A DNA stretch of 64,000 nt, taken from Eledone cirrhosa. Lineage: Eukaryota. The DNA lies in the NCBI GenBank assembly GCA_964016885.1, contig OZ024740.1, positions 276,272,001 to 276,336,000 on the forward strand. Direction: 5' to 3'. The notes beneath the pieces were generated by a model. That model was not told where the DNA came from. It saw only the letters and a list, made by a program, of their open reading frames with translations, and searched no databases. Shown here piece after piece: positions 25,194-40,168 of this stretch (positions are counted from its first letter, which is position 1; each line of letters starts with the position of its first letter). The translations under genes were made by a program, and so were the position numbers.

Positions 25194-27629
25194 GTAAGCA
25201 AGCTGACATTTTGTTTGAAGGGAAATGATATGTTTGTGTATGTGTAAATGTGAGTCTGTGTATATGTATGTGTATATGTATGTGTATATGTAGGTATCAA
25301 GAGGGTGTCCATGTCTGTTTATGACTGAATGTGCACTTAAAACCCTTAGTGAAAAAATTGTACATGCTACCAAGTTCTATTTGATTGTAGAAATGAGTTG
25401 TAAGTCACTGATACCAAACTGTATTGGCCATTGCCTTTCCCTTGAACAACATTGGTGGTGTGGAGAGGGGAGACTAGTATATATGGGCGACTGTTGGTCT
25501 TCCACAAAAACACCTTGCTCGGACTTGTGTCTCGGAAGGGAAATTTTCTACGTGCAAATCCCATTTAGTAGTAGTAGTAGTGAGTGTGTATGTAAAGAGT
25601 GAAGCAATTTCTTGAATGAAAGTAGCATCATCACTATCATACACACACATTATGTATAACCTTGAGTTTACTAATTTCGTTTTAATTTGGACAGAAACTG
25701 CAAAAGAAACTACAACACATTCAACACATTTTAACTATAATATAGTTAAATAAAATTGGGAATATATAAAACCTTAACCCTTTATAATTTACATTTGGTG
25801 TTAGGAAGGGCATCCAGCCATAGAAAACCTGCCAGATACAGTCCTATACGAGCGTGACATGGTCACCTGACCAATCTTGCTTCAAGTGGGACAATTTCCA
25901 TCTAACTCATGCTAGCGTGAAAGACGTTAAACGATGATGATTACTCTATATTTACTATTGTATTTTGACGGTAAAGGCTTTACCTCACACAATTACCTTA
26001 CATGATATCAAAGCTATGAGATTTTAATATTTATTTTGAGAACAACACCTTAACGTCAGTATGAGGAGCCAGTTACAGCTGGTTTGAACAGAAAGAAGTG
26101 AGAGAATTATTGCCGTATATGGCCGGTTTAAATGTTAAAGGGTTAAGATGGAAAAAAAAAAATGTATTTGCAGCACAGCCTTCTAACATAGTGTGGATCA
26201 ATTCTCATAGGTGGTTCTGAGATTCTGTTTACTTTTTCCCGTTTCAAGGGATTATATTATATCCCTAATTTTATTCAGCTATATTATAGCTAATATAAAT
26301 TGTAGCAGTCCCTCCCCACCCAAAAAAAGACCAAAACAAAGCTAATCATTCTCTTAATTTTCAATCTTTTTACACACTCCTTATACTTTCCATTGCTTTA
26401 CATAAATAAATATAAACTCAGTTAAATGAATGGAATGCATATATCCAAAGTCTGTTGCATGTTATGTGTTTGGCTGTCATCCTTTACAGTCTAAGTTCAA
26501 TTCCTGCCGAGGTCAACTTTGCCTTTCATCCTTACGGGGTCGATAAAATAAAGTACCAGTAATGCACTGAGTAATTGCTGGCCTTGTGCCAAAAAGTAGA
26601 AACAATTATTTTCCATAGGCTATGGATTGGCAGTATCGGTAGAGGGTCGGACGCCATGCTTTGCAGCAAAGAGTTACGGCCCTTGCCATTCTGAGTTCAA
26701 ATCCCGCCAAGGTTAACTTTGCCTTTTATCCTTACGGGGTCGATAAAATAAAGTACCAGTAATACACTGGGTAATTGCTGACCTTGTGCCAAAAAGTAGA
26801 AACAATTATTTTCCATACGCTAACAATTATCGTTTAAGTACATTTGCAGATACTGATAGTTGTACTTTTGTGCAAAGTACTGTTATTGTTGTGTATAGGG
26901 TTTTCACTTTGATTTACCCACTGACATTTCTGAGTCACCCACTAAAAGAATGGGTGAAATAATACAGAAAAACAACTACAACAAAAGAAAAGACAAAAAT
27001 AAAACATAAATAAATAAAAAAAATCAAATAAACAAGTTAAAGATTACTTAGATATAAATTTAATTTTTTTTAATACACAAAAAAATTTGAAGGAAAACTT
27101 TGGAACAAATTGTTTACTAACATGTGTGTCCATCTCATTCTGTTGTCATAATTTCCATCTGTTGTCATGTGTGTATGAGGGGATGGCAGCATGGAGTTAC
27201 TGTATGTATGTTTTTTTTATTCTTTACTGGTTTCATATTGCGTCATTCGCCTGAAGTGATTTAATCAATTATATAGATCACAGTACATTATAAAAAATAA
27301 AAGGTTGTCTATTTTATCAATCTCTAGCTGTTGAATTGCATATAATATTTCATATAATGCACCAGCTGATGTAAACAAAACACCCCCCTCCATACACACA
27401 CACATATGTACATATTTCTATCCATTTATTTATTTATCTTTCCAGCCATCCAACCTCACCTCATACACGTGAGTGCATTGATTATTATCATGGCTGAGCT
27501 ATAAAAGTTTATGACTTACCAATAGGAAGGTTAATAGCTCAAAATCTATCTCAATATTTAATTCATTGGTTTCTTGGTTTACCAGATGTAAATAGACATC
27601 ATATCTGTATATATATAAAATTAAGTATA

Positions 27630-28497
27630 TGTGTGTGTGTGTCTGTGTATTACCTATAGGGGCCTACATCTTACGACCGATTTTCATGAAACTTTACAGG
27701 CTCATAGATTAGTAATCAGGGAGTGTTTTCTATATATCAGCATATCGTTCTTTTTATTCCGGGGTCATTCTGCAGATAAAAATCGATAGGGGTGTCACTT
27801 TTTTTAGATATCGAAAAATAAGATTTTTGGCTCTAGCTCCCACATTTTGCCACCAATTTCGTTCAAATTTTAAAGCAAAATAGAATTTATCAGTGCACAT
27901 CCTTTATATTTTGCATTTGTTGTTCAGCCACTTAAATATTCAAAAATACCACTTTTAGACTCAAATTTCCACTTTTTCGGCTTTAGCTCCCACATTAATC
28001 AACTTTGTTCAAATTTTACACTACGCTAGATCTGATTATTTAACGTCTTAAAGTGGCTTTACATTTTAGAATTTTTGTTCAGGAATGGTGTGGCAGCCGC
28101 TTAAATATTCGAAAATACCACCTTTTCACTCACATTTCCACATTTTCGGCTCTAGCTCCCACATTTTTCAACCGATTTCGTTCAAATTCGAAACTTCGGC
28201 TCCACCTCACACATAAATCAATTTATTTGGTTCAACTTTTATACTACGATAGAACCTATCATTGCACATCTTATAGTAGCTTTACACTTTGCATTTTTTG
28301 TTCAGGGACTGCGTGGCAGCCGTTTAACTCTTCAAAATACGATTTTTTCCACCTCCCACATATTCCATACGATTTCACTCAACATTTCGCCATTTGCTAC
28401 ACCTTACAACCGATTTTCAAGAAATTCGCAGTCGTTAAGATCAACACCTTTTCATCAAAGGAGATATTATTTTACCCACCCAGCTACTGCTGCTAGT
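27630..28497 (+). mobile_element. Helitron/Helentron-like non-autonomous element with internal tandem subunits
   Basis: (GT)n/GTCT start, CCGATTTTCATGAAACTTT motif, 3-4 repeats of TTCGGCTCTAGCTCCCACATT...GTTCAAATT, 3' CTAGT end. Confidence 0.5.
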
Positions 28498-28689
28498 TTA
28501 AGAATAAATCAATTCTTTAATTTCTCCTTCTTCATAGATCCTTACACTAAGTGATTTCCACACTTAGTTCAGAACTTTCAGAGAAAAAAGAAGTTAATGA
28601 TTCACTCATTATCATCCTCATCATCACTGCTTGATATCCATTTTCCTTGCTAACAAGGATGGAACATGACGTCTTATATCATTTATGCT

Positions 28690-28905
28690 GTAAGGAGATT
28701 TTACAGACAAAACCTATTGGCAGGAGACCCAGAAAGGAAGACCCTGATCGATATCATTGGATAAAATCCATGAGCTCAGCTGGTCATGCTTGGGGATCCA
28801 GTTGGATCAATTGGAGATAGTTGCTTCTGACAGGACTCGCTGGAAGAAGTATTTGAGGACTCTTCCCTCACAACATTTTCAGGAATAATTGGGCAAAGAA
28901 GAAGA
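28690..28905 (+). mobile_element. old RTE-like 3' fragment (related copy ~31305-31415)
   Basis: Shared GTTGCTTCTGACA(G/A)GAC.C(G/A)CTGGAAG...TTGAGGACTCT.CCCTCAC, reading VASD.T.WK, with a GAAGAA tail. Confidence 0.55.
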
Positions 28906-29649
28906 AAAAGGAGATTTTAATTTAATTTTAAAATGAACACTTCAGTATAATAAAACCATGGTCGTTTCAGGTAGGTTAGTAACAAAAAGGTTAACTCCTG
29001 TACTTGCTGGACCTGGCTTGGGCTGGCTGGGTGTTTTCCTTTTATTGAGACATTTAGCTAAACAAACAATAACAATGCTACCATATAGCTTTTTAGTTAC
29101 TTGTCCCTCATCACCACCAGCAGCATCACCAGCACTACCATAATGATTATAGTAATGATTAAGAAGCAAGGCTGATGACTGACCATTGCATGATAGATAA
29201 ATACCAATTATAAGTGATTTTTAATACACAAAATAACACATGTAAAGAAAAAACCCCTCAGTCGATGTGGGTTATGAGAAGTTGAAAATACACTTTTATA
29301 CATACACGTGTCGATATACACATTCTTATATACACGTGTCGATATACACATTCATACATACATATGTGAGAATATACACATTGATTCATACATGTGTCTG
29401 AATGTACACATTCTTATATACATATGTGTGAATATACACATTCCTACATACATATTTGTGAATGTACTCTCGGATCTTGATTAATGCTCACCCAGCTTCT
29501 CCCATTTATTAATTTTTCAGATTTTTTCCACCACCCATGCTCATATTCTACCCCCTCCCCTGCTTATTAAAGTTTGCTAATCTATCTCCAGTGAAATTTT
29601 ACTTTAAGTGGTAGCATTCCTGTAGCAATTAATTTTCTTTGTACGTTAA

Positions 29650-30000
29650 AGAACATTACTAGAAATTCCATATGTTATAAAATAAATAGGATGGGTTGAG
29701 GGTCTTAATATGTAAACTAAATGACTAATTCTGGTTTTTAAAAAAATCAATGGAGACAACCTAGAAAAATTACCGATTTACACCCCTCATCGCGTATATT
29801 TCCACCCACCGACCCCTATTATTTGTGACCTAAGAATACATTATAGATGTGAAAAAAAGGACATTACTAGAAATTCTATAAATTATAAAATAAACAGGAT
29901 AGGTTGGGGGTCTTAAAATATGTAAACTAAACGACTAATTCTGGTTTTTAAAAAAAAATCAATGAAGACAACCTAAAAAAATTACCCCATATTTCACCCC
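29650..30000. repeat. local ~150-bp direct duplication (29652-29790 / 29861-30000)
   Basis: ACATTACTAGAAATTC...GACTAATTCTGGTTTTTAAAAAAATCAATG occurs twice. Confidence 0.8.
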
Positions 30001-30167
30001 AGCGAGTACACATTCACATATACATATGTGTGAATATACACATTTGTACATACATATGTGTGTCTGTATGTCTACATGTGTCTGTGTGTGTGTGAATGGG
30101 GTTTTTTTCCTAGCAAAGTGATGTTGTGAGGTTAGTTAGAGATTTAGTCATTGTTGTAGATAAGATG

Positions 30168-30244
30168 AACAAAGGTCAAAAGGTCATTGTGAGAAATAAA
30201 TAAATTAATATGATTGCAAACAAAATGAATAAAGGTCACATGAC
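30168..30244 (+). promoter_or_regulatory. candidate intronic enhancer: perfect DR2 plus third half-site/E-box
   Basis: AGGTCA-AA-AGGTCA at 30173-30186, AAAGGTCACATGAC at 30231-30244, AACAAAG at 30168. Confidence 0.35.
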
Positions 30245-30588
30245 AGCAACAGTACCAACAGCAGCAGTCTTTGGTACACTAATATGTATGTGTGTGCCTG
30301 CATGTCTGCATGTGTGTTAGCATATATTTAAATGCATAACAACACTCACACACTCTCTCTCTCCTTCTTTTACTTTCTCTCTTTCCCTCTCTCACACATA
30401 TAATATACAACTCTACATTTACTTGAAGAACATTTTTTTTAATGACTTCAAAAGAATTGAAGGAAGAAATTCAAGATTTTTGTGTAATTTCTTTTTCTTT
30501 TTTTCAAGTCAAAGTAGCATTTTTGAAGGCTTATTTTTGTAGAGTAGCCCCAGGTCAGCCCTGATCAAGCAGTGTCAATACCATAACT

Positions 30589-31119
30589 CAGCAGTCCCCA
30601 ACCTTTTGCGCCACAGTCTGGTGTCATGCAAGACAATTTCTCCACGGATCAAGGGGTGGGTTTGTGTTGGTCATGTGCATAACAAAACACAAATAATAAA
30701 GTGCATATTATATGATTTTATCAGTGATTTAATTATAGCAGTGTTGTTAGAGGATCGAAAAACATGCTTTATACAGCCCTTTTACAATCTGAGTTCAAAT
30801 CTTGCCATGGTTAGCTTTGCCTTTCATCCTTGCGGGGGTTGATAAAATAAAGTACCAGTAATGCACTGTGTCAATTTAATCGACTTTCCCCTCCCACAAA
30901 AATGTTGGCCTTGTATCTAAATCAGAAACCATTATTAATTTAATTATTACATTTATAATGTAAAGGTGACTCAACATAATGCAGACTCAATTCTACATAA
31001 GGTAGACCACGATAGCCAATAAAAGGAAGAAAAAAAAAGGTTTATATTTTCTGTGTGGCCTGGTACCAAATGGTTTACGGTTTGGTACCAGTCTGCAGCC
31101 TGGTTGTTAGGGACCACTG
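30589..31119. mobile_element. hAT/Charlie-type (MER1-like) non-autonomous transposon with nested SINE A
   Basis: TIRs CAGCAGTCCCCAAC / GTTAGGGACCACTG and 8-bp TSD CCATAACT / CCATATCT. Confidence 0.8.
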
Positions 31120-31841
31120 CCATATCTAAGGAGGTATATCTACATATGATTATTATTAGTTGAAAACTGTAGACAGTATGAAATAATTGATACCGCTCAT
31201 TTACAATGTTTTTTTTTCAAGGGTAAAAATATTCTTAATTTAACAAATTTCATTTAAATTATATAATGTTTGCATTAAAAAAACCCATTAAATAATAAAA
31301 GTAAGGGGATCCTGCTGAATCAGTTGGAGACGGTTGCTTCTGACAAGACGCACTGGAAGGAGTGGTTGAGGACTCTACCCTCACGACCCTTTCAGGATTA
31401 AGTGGGTGATGAAGAAGAATGGGAAAGTGTGGGGTGGCATGCTACAGCACAGTCAAAATGGTATATCTCAGCTGTGTCCTGTGGACAAGGTGGGGAAAGT
31501 GTTGCCATGGAGAACAGCCAGCAATACCTACTACATCAGCCACAGCATCATACCTCTCAGAGCTTCTTCCTCGGGTGGGGTGTACATTTCCCAATTTTGT
31601 GGAGGAAAATGGCAGTTTGAGAAGCAAGGGTGCCTGAAATCACAATGGCAACTGGCACAAAAAGGAAGTGGTCAGTCAAGTTCCAACACTTGAATGTCTT
31701 TATATATAACTTAGAATCCTAACAAATGATCTCTTTTTAACTCTGCAGTTAGTCTCTCATGATGTGAACTGAACTGCTATTAATAATGGTTTTTTAACCA
31801 AGGCACAAGAGCAGCAATGTGGGTGAGTGGAAAGTTAATTA

Positions 31842-32011
31842 CCGTATTTCCTGACACTGAAGACGCTTCGTCCTTGAGGACACACACTAATTTTGACAAC
31901 CAAAAATTTGAAAAAAAAAATAATAAACAACCTTCCGCCTCCAGGACGCATGCTAGATTTTTGAGACTTATTTTGGGAAAAAAACAGCGTCTTCGATGCT
32001 GGGGAATACGG
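31842..32011. mobile_element. Tc1/mariner-pogo-type MITE inserted in an old SINE A
   Basis: TA|CCGTATTTCCTGACACTGAAGACGCT ... AGCGTCTTCGATGCTGGGGAATACGG|TA. Confidence 0.8.
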
Positions 32012-33835
32012 TATATGAACCCTACTGCTTACCTAGTACTTTATTTTGTTGACCTGAGCCTTTTTTAAACTCATGGTCCAAGGAACTTTATCTAATGCTC
32101 TGACAATCCTTCCAATCTACCACCACCATTATAATAATTTCCTACATCAGCACTAGTCCTGACATTTATATTGACCCAAATACTTGACTGGCACTTTATT
32201 TAATAATTCTCTAGGGAAAACAGATAAATTCTTATCTGAATTTCAAATCAGAATGTAAAGAGTTAAAACAAATAAACCAAAGAATTTTGCCCAATGCTTT
32301 AATGATTCTGTAAATCCATTGCGCTCAGTAATGATATCTTTCTCTAAGAATTGCACAAGGCCAGCAATATTGGTGGAAAGAACAAAGTCAAGTATATTGA
32401 CTCTAATTCTTTACTGTTACAATTTTATCAACCCCAGATGGATGAAAGAAAGGCAAGGTTGTTAACTTACAAACACAGACACCAACACACACATATGTAT
32501 ATATGTGTGTGTTGGTGTCTGTTTATGCTTACTGTTTTTTTTTTATGTTCTGTAACTTAGCAGTTCTACAAATGGTATTGTATAATGCTGTAACTCTTGA
32601 TGAAATCATAGGGGTTCTGTAATGGCATACTGTATTTTTGGGGGCATTTTAAGCCTGGCAGAGTGCGGCTCTTTCCAGGTCTGAATACATCAGATTTCTT
32701 CCAGAGAAGGATAGAAAGTAAGAGAATAGAAGTGAGAAAGAGATATAGAGGAAGAATCGACTACAGTACTAGACTGGTACTTTTTTTTTTTTACCGACCA
32801 TGGTGGGATTGGAACTCAGAGAGTGGAAAGCCAGGATGAATCATTAAGATATTCTATCCAATATCTTAATGATTCTACTAATTCTACAAATAGGGATCAA
32901 TAAAATAAATAGACATGAAACAAAATAAGTACTGGGGTTGATATGATTGATTAAACCTCTTCAAGGCTGTAACGTCATTGCTTCAATAAAATGAAATAAG
33001 AGAAGAAAAGAATATATATATGTGTGGCTGAGTGGTTAGAGAATTGGATTCGCAATCGTAAGGTTGTGAGTTCGATTCCTGGACCAGGCGATGCGTTATG
33101 TCCTTGAGCAAGACACTTTATTTCACGTTGCTCCTTCTACCTGGAGTTGCGACCGATAGATAGTATTAGCAATTGGAAAGACCAACGGAAACATTGTTCC
33201 CTCGGTCCGATTTGACGAAAATCGATCGTTCCCTAGATATGTGTACATATATATATATATATGTATATTCTTTATATTTGACTTTATGCACAAAGTATGC
33301 CAAAATAGTTTTTATTTGCTCTATCAAGGTTATTTGCCCCATACTAGGGACAGAGAAATGGAGTGTGAAAGCATATGTTTTTTTTTGTTTGAAAATGTAA
33401 ATATGTATATGTTGTTCTATTCTAGGTTAACTTGTGATAAATTTAGTTCAATTTATAGACACATATATATGCACACATATATATATATATATAAGCATAC
33501 ACCATATAACATCATTTCATGGGGGCATTTTCATGGTAAACATATATATATATATATAGTTAGTGAAAGAGTGAAGAATATCATGGTCGGTTGTACAAAA
33601 ATTGTTTATATATATATATATATATATAAACAATCATCTGGTTGTGGAACCAACCAACCGGAAATTTATAAATTCCTAAGTTTATAAATTTATTATAATA
33701 AATTGAAGTGAAAGCAACTGGTGCGTGTGTTTCTTATTGGCAACATGACCCTGCCAAAGTATAACAATATCGGTTTCAACACACGTTTTCAGATAAAGAA
33801 TCTTGCTAAACAAATTCAGAAACGAAATATATATA

Positions 33836-34546
33836 TCATCATCATCATCATCATCATCAACGTTTAACGTCCGTGTTCCACGCTTGCATGGGTTTGGACG
33901 GGGGTATTCCCACTTGAGGCAAGAGTGATTGTCTTGCTCGCATAGGACTGTCTGGCAGGTTTTCTACAATTGGATGCCCCTCCTAACACCAACCACATTT
34001 ACAGTGTGGGTCTGGGAGGTTTTTACCGTGTTGCCTACACGGCCACATTACAGCGTGGACTGTGTGTTTTTTTTGTCGTGACACCTACACGATCTCATTT
34101 GTTTCGGCCTGGATGGTGTGGCACCAACATAACTTTACATAGAAGGGGGCGGTGTGGATGGGGTGGGGGTGGTGGGACGGGGTGTATTTTGTTAGAGATG
34201 CTTACTGGCTGTAGTAGGTTTTACTATGTATTTAGGTAAGGCGGGTCTTCTCTATTACTGAGTACCGCCAAAGGTCTCGGTCCAGTGACATTGTCTTGGA
34301 GAGGTGTAAGTGTGTGAGGTCGGAGTTTATCAGCTCGTCCCAGGTTTTTCTAGGTCTGCCTATTCCGTGGCTACCGTCTATCTTTATTGCCCTGCACTTT
34401 GTTATACAGCGTTCGACTTTCATGCGCATCACGTGTCCATACCAACGTAGCCTTCTCTCGAGTAAACAACATCTGATCCCTCTTATTTCTAATTTTTTCC
34501 TTAGTTCGTTTATGCTTTGCCGTTCACGTATATTACTATTACACAT
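33836..34546 (-). mobile_element. inverted near-identical copy of the adjacent RTE fragment
   Basis: Reverse complement of 34826-35523 with few substitutions. Confidence 0.9.
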
Positions 34547-34631
34547 TGTATGTATATATGTATGCATATATATATATATATGTATGTATATATGTATGCA
34601 TATATATATGTATGTATATATGTACAGTAGC

Positions 34632-35523
34632 TAGTCAGAACTGGGTGGAAAAAGTTCAGAGAGCTTATACCACTATTAGCCGCTAAAGGATTCTCCCTAA
34701 AAATGAAAGGCAGGTTGTATGATGCCTGCATACGAACAGCAATGTTGCATGGCAGTGAGACCTGGGTATTGTGTGCAGAGGATATACGCAGACTAGAGAG
34801 AAACGAAGCTTGCATGCTCCGCTGGATGTGTAATAGTAATATACGTGAACGACAAAGCATAAACGAACTAAGGAAAAAATTAGAAATAAGAGGGATCAGA
34901 TGTTGTTTACTAGAGAGAAGGCTACATTGGTATGGTCACGTGATGCGCATGAAGGACGATAGCTGTATAACAAAGTGCAGGTCAATAAAGATAGACGGTA
35001 GCCACGGAATAGGCAGACCCAGAAAAACCTGGGACGAGCTGATAAACTCCGACCTCACACACTTACACCTCACCAAGACAATGTCACTGGACCGAGACCT
35101 TTGGCGGTACTCAGTAATAGAGAAGACCCGCCTTACCTAAATACTAAGTAAAACCTACTACAGTCAGTAGGCATCTCTAACAAAATACACCCCCGTCCCA
35201 CCACCCCCACCCCATCCACACCGCCCCCTTCTATGTAAAGTTATGTTGGTGCCACACCATCCAGACCGAAACAAATGAGATCGTGTAGGTGTCACGACAA
35301 AAAAACACACAGTCCACGCTGTAATGTGGCCGTGTAGGTAACACGGTAAAAACCTCCCAGACACACACTGTAAATGTGGTTGGTGTTAGGAAGGGCATCC
35401 AACTGTAGTAAACCTGCCAGACAATCCTATGCGAGCAAGACAATCACTCTTGCCTCAAGTGGGAAAACCCCCCGTCCAAACCCATGCAAGCGTGGAACAC
35501 GGACGTTAAACGTTGATGATGAT
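34632..35523 (+). mobile_element. RTE-clade LINE 3' fragment with long 3'UTR
   Basis: KGRLYDACIRTAMLHGSETW...RRLHWYGHVMRM...GRPRKTW...DRDLWR, stop at 35140, UTR ends in (GAT)n. Confidence 0.92.
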
Positions 35524-35817
35524 ATGTATGCATATATATATATATATATATATATGTATAAGAGAGTATTGAAGTTTGCTTGAAACATTGTGGAACAATA
35601 AGTAAATATCTTTAGATCGTTTGGAAGCCTCGACAATGCAAATGGGTAAATCTCCGGGTAACAAGGTCCGGTGGTGGAGAGAGAGATGTAATTGGGTGTA
35701 CGTTGAGAAGCGTGGTATGTATAAGATGTGTGAGATGTGTAGAATGAGGGAAGAGTATAAAGGTTAAAACAAAAATAACAACACAAGAAAGAGTTACCTT
35801 GGGAGAGATTTAATAGT

Positions 35818-35852
35818 CCCTATATATTTCGGATTCACATCCATCAACTGGG
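35818..35852 (-). ncRNA. degenerate hammerhead
   Basis: CC CAGUUGA U GGAU GUGA AUCC GAAA UAU AUA GG. Two core substitutions. Confidence 0.35.
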
Positions 35853-35884
35853 TTTTTTTTCCGGGGTGATGTATATATGTATGC

Positions 35885-35920
<36 letters not shown>

Positions 35921-36002
35921 ATATATATATGTATATATGTATGCATATATATATATATATGTATATGTATATATGTATATATATATATGTATATATGTAT
36001 GC

Positions 36003-36040
<38 letters not shown>

Positions 36041-36309
36041 GTGTGATGTATATAATGTGTTGTTTCCTTGAGCAAGACACTTTATTTTCACATTACTCCA
36101 GTTTACTCAGCTGTAGAAATGAGATGATAGGGACTAGGGTCCCTATCATTCCACTGCAAAGTGGTCGTGGAGGTGCCACTGCAAAAAAGCACCCAGCACT
36201 CACTGTAAATGAGGTTGGTGTTAGGAAGGGCATCCAGCTGTAGAAATCAAGCCAGAATCAGTTACCGTCCCACCCTTGCAAGCAGGGAAAAGCGGACGTA
36301 AAATGATGA

Positions 36310-36389
36310 TGATGTATATATGTATGCATATATATATATATATATATATGCATATATATATATATATATATGTATGTATATATGTATGC

Positions 36390-36421
<32 letters not shown>

Positions 36422-36523
36422 ATATGCATACATATATATATGTATGTATATATGTATGCACATATATATGTATGTATATATGTATGCATATATATATATA
36501 TATATGTATGTATATATGTATGC

Positions 36524-36557
<34 letters not shown>

Positions 36558-36983
36558 ATATGTATGCATATATATATATGTATGTATATATGTATGCATA
36601 TATATATATATGTATATATGTATGCATATATATATATATATGTATATATGTATGCATATATATATATATGTATCTATATATGTATGCATATATATATATA
36701 TATGTATATATGTATGCATATATATATATGTATCTATATATGTATGCATATATATATATATATATATATGTATGTATATATGTATGCATATATATATATA
36801 TATATATATGTGTATGTGGTTGGTGTTAGGAAGGGCATCCAGCTGTAGAAAACCCGCCAGACAGTCCTATGCGAGCAAGACAATCACTCTTGCCTCAAGT
36901 GGGAAAACCCCCGTCCAAACCCATGCAAGCGTGGAACACGGACGTTAAACGTTGATGATGATGATGTATGTATATATGTATGC

Positions 36984-37017
<34 letters not shown>

Positions 37018-37027
37018 ATATGTATGC

Positions 37028-37061
<34 letters not shown>

Positions 37062-37301
37062 ATATGTATGCATATATATATATATATATGTATGTATATA
37101 TGTATGCATATATATATATATATATGTATGTATATATGTATGCATATATATATATATATATGTATGTATATATGTATGCATATATATATATATATATGTA
37201 TGTGTATATATGTATGCATATATATATATATATGTATGTGTATATATGTATGCATATATATATATATATATATGTATGTGTATATATGTATGCATATATA
37301 T

Positions 37302-37332
<31 letters not shown>

Positions 37333-37335
37333 CAT

Positions 37336-37366
<31 letters not shown>

Positions 37367-37461
37367 CATATATATGTATGCATATATATATATATATATA
37401 TATGTGTATATATGTATGCATATATATATATATATATGTATGTATATATATATGTATGCAT

Positions 37462-37492
<31 letters not shown>

Positions 37493-37543
37493 CATATATA
37501 TATATATATATATGTATGTGTATATATGTATGCATATATATAT

Positions 37544-37574
<31 letters not shown>

Positions 37575-37577
37575 CAT

Positions 37578-37608
<31 letters not shown>

Positions 37609-37640
37609 CATATATATATATATATATATAAATATATATA
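36310..37640. repeat. (TA)n array punctuated by GTATG/GTATGC
   Basis: Direct inspection. Interrupted by an RTE tail at 36815-36965. Confidence 0.95.
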
Positions 37641-37867
37641 TATCATCATCATCATTTTTACATCCGCTTTTCTATGGTTGTATATATATATATATATATA
37701 TATGCATACATATTAGCCGAATTAGCCGAATTGCAGAATTAGCCGTCGAAACGGCTTGAGCTCAGCTGTCGGGGTCTTACTGGTTCCTATTACCCACTCT
37801 ACTACCTCAAGTATTGAGTACTTTGGTGCGTTATGGTCCACCTGGTTCCTTACCACATTTCCTTCGT

Positions 37868-37898
<31 letters not shown>

Positions 37899-38167
37899 AC
37901 ACACACACATGCATGTATAGACACACATACGCACACCACACACACACATATGTTTATGTATATGTGTGATTTAAAGTTTTGGGAAGTTCTTCAGAAGATT
38001 CTTCTTCCTTGCCACAAATCACATAGAAAATCACCGCCGGTTGTATACGTGTTACTATTATTCACTTAACAACATCACCCACGTCTGGCTTACTTAGCGG
38101 CATCTATCATATCTGACACACACATACATACACATATGGACCCACACATGTATACACCCACACACAC

Positions 38168-38224
<57 letters not shown>

Positions 38225-38362
38225 CATACATATATAGACATATACATAAGAATCATCTACTCATGTCTACAGACTTAGACATTTACATACAGATACAGGG
38301 ATACACTAACACAAGCTACATATGCACACACACACAGACACAGAGGCACACACACATACACA

Positions 38363-38434
<72 letters not shown>

Positions 38435-38510
38435 ACCACCCCACTCTTAAGAGTGTGAAACTAATAAACCTTTGTTCGTACTGCCTCTGTTTTGTTCCCG
38501 TTCAATTTCT

Positions 38511-38549
<39 letters not shown>

Positions 38550-38800
38550 TAAAATATTAAACAAATAATGAATAAAACAATGAAACAGTTCCTTATATTA
38601 AACAAAAAAAGTTCATTATTTAACGATCGTTTTATTCATTATTTGTTTAATATTTTATCTTGACTCTGTATACCGTTTATCTTTCACCGAAAGTGATTTT
38701 TCATTACATCTCTTCTTTCCATGATATCCGGAATACATTGAGTTCTTCATACGGATTGGACACTACCGTAAACTCTTGGTAGATTTATCTACATATATAC

Positions 38801-38891
<91 letters not shown>

Positions 38892-39144
38892 TGAACATAC
38901 ACATACAGATAGACACACGAACACAAGATATACACCTGACAATATACATACATACATTCACATCTATACTTGCATATACATCTACATAGAAACAAGAAAA
39001 GACACATACACATGTATATATATATATACACTCACTTACACCCCCCTCCCCACACACACATACACATGATCACCCAACCAATCTTGCCTCAAGTGGGACA
39101 AACCCGTCCAACCCTTGCTAGCGTGGAAGATGATGATGATGTAA

Positions 39145-39180
<36 letters not shown>

Positions 39181-39359
39181 GCATATACATATACAGACAT
39201 ATAGGCATGCACATGCAGAATCACAAATGCATTCGTATATAAACACATACATATATCTACATATATATACACGTACATATATGTCTGTCTATACAAACAT
39301 GCACACGCATACACTTGGTTACATACACATACAGGCACATAAATACAAGATACTTACAC

Positions 39360-40168
<809 letters not shown>

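Noticed and set aside
32838-32875. 16-bp perfect hairpin GAATCATTAAGATATT/AATATCTTAATGATTC
   Set aside because: It lies within a decayed SINE head with no (TA)n flanks or HHR, so it is probably a local template-switch event.
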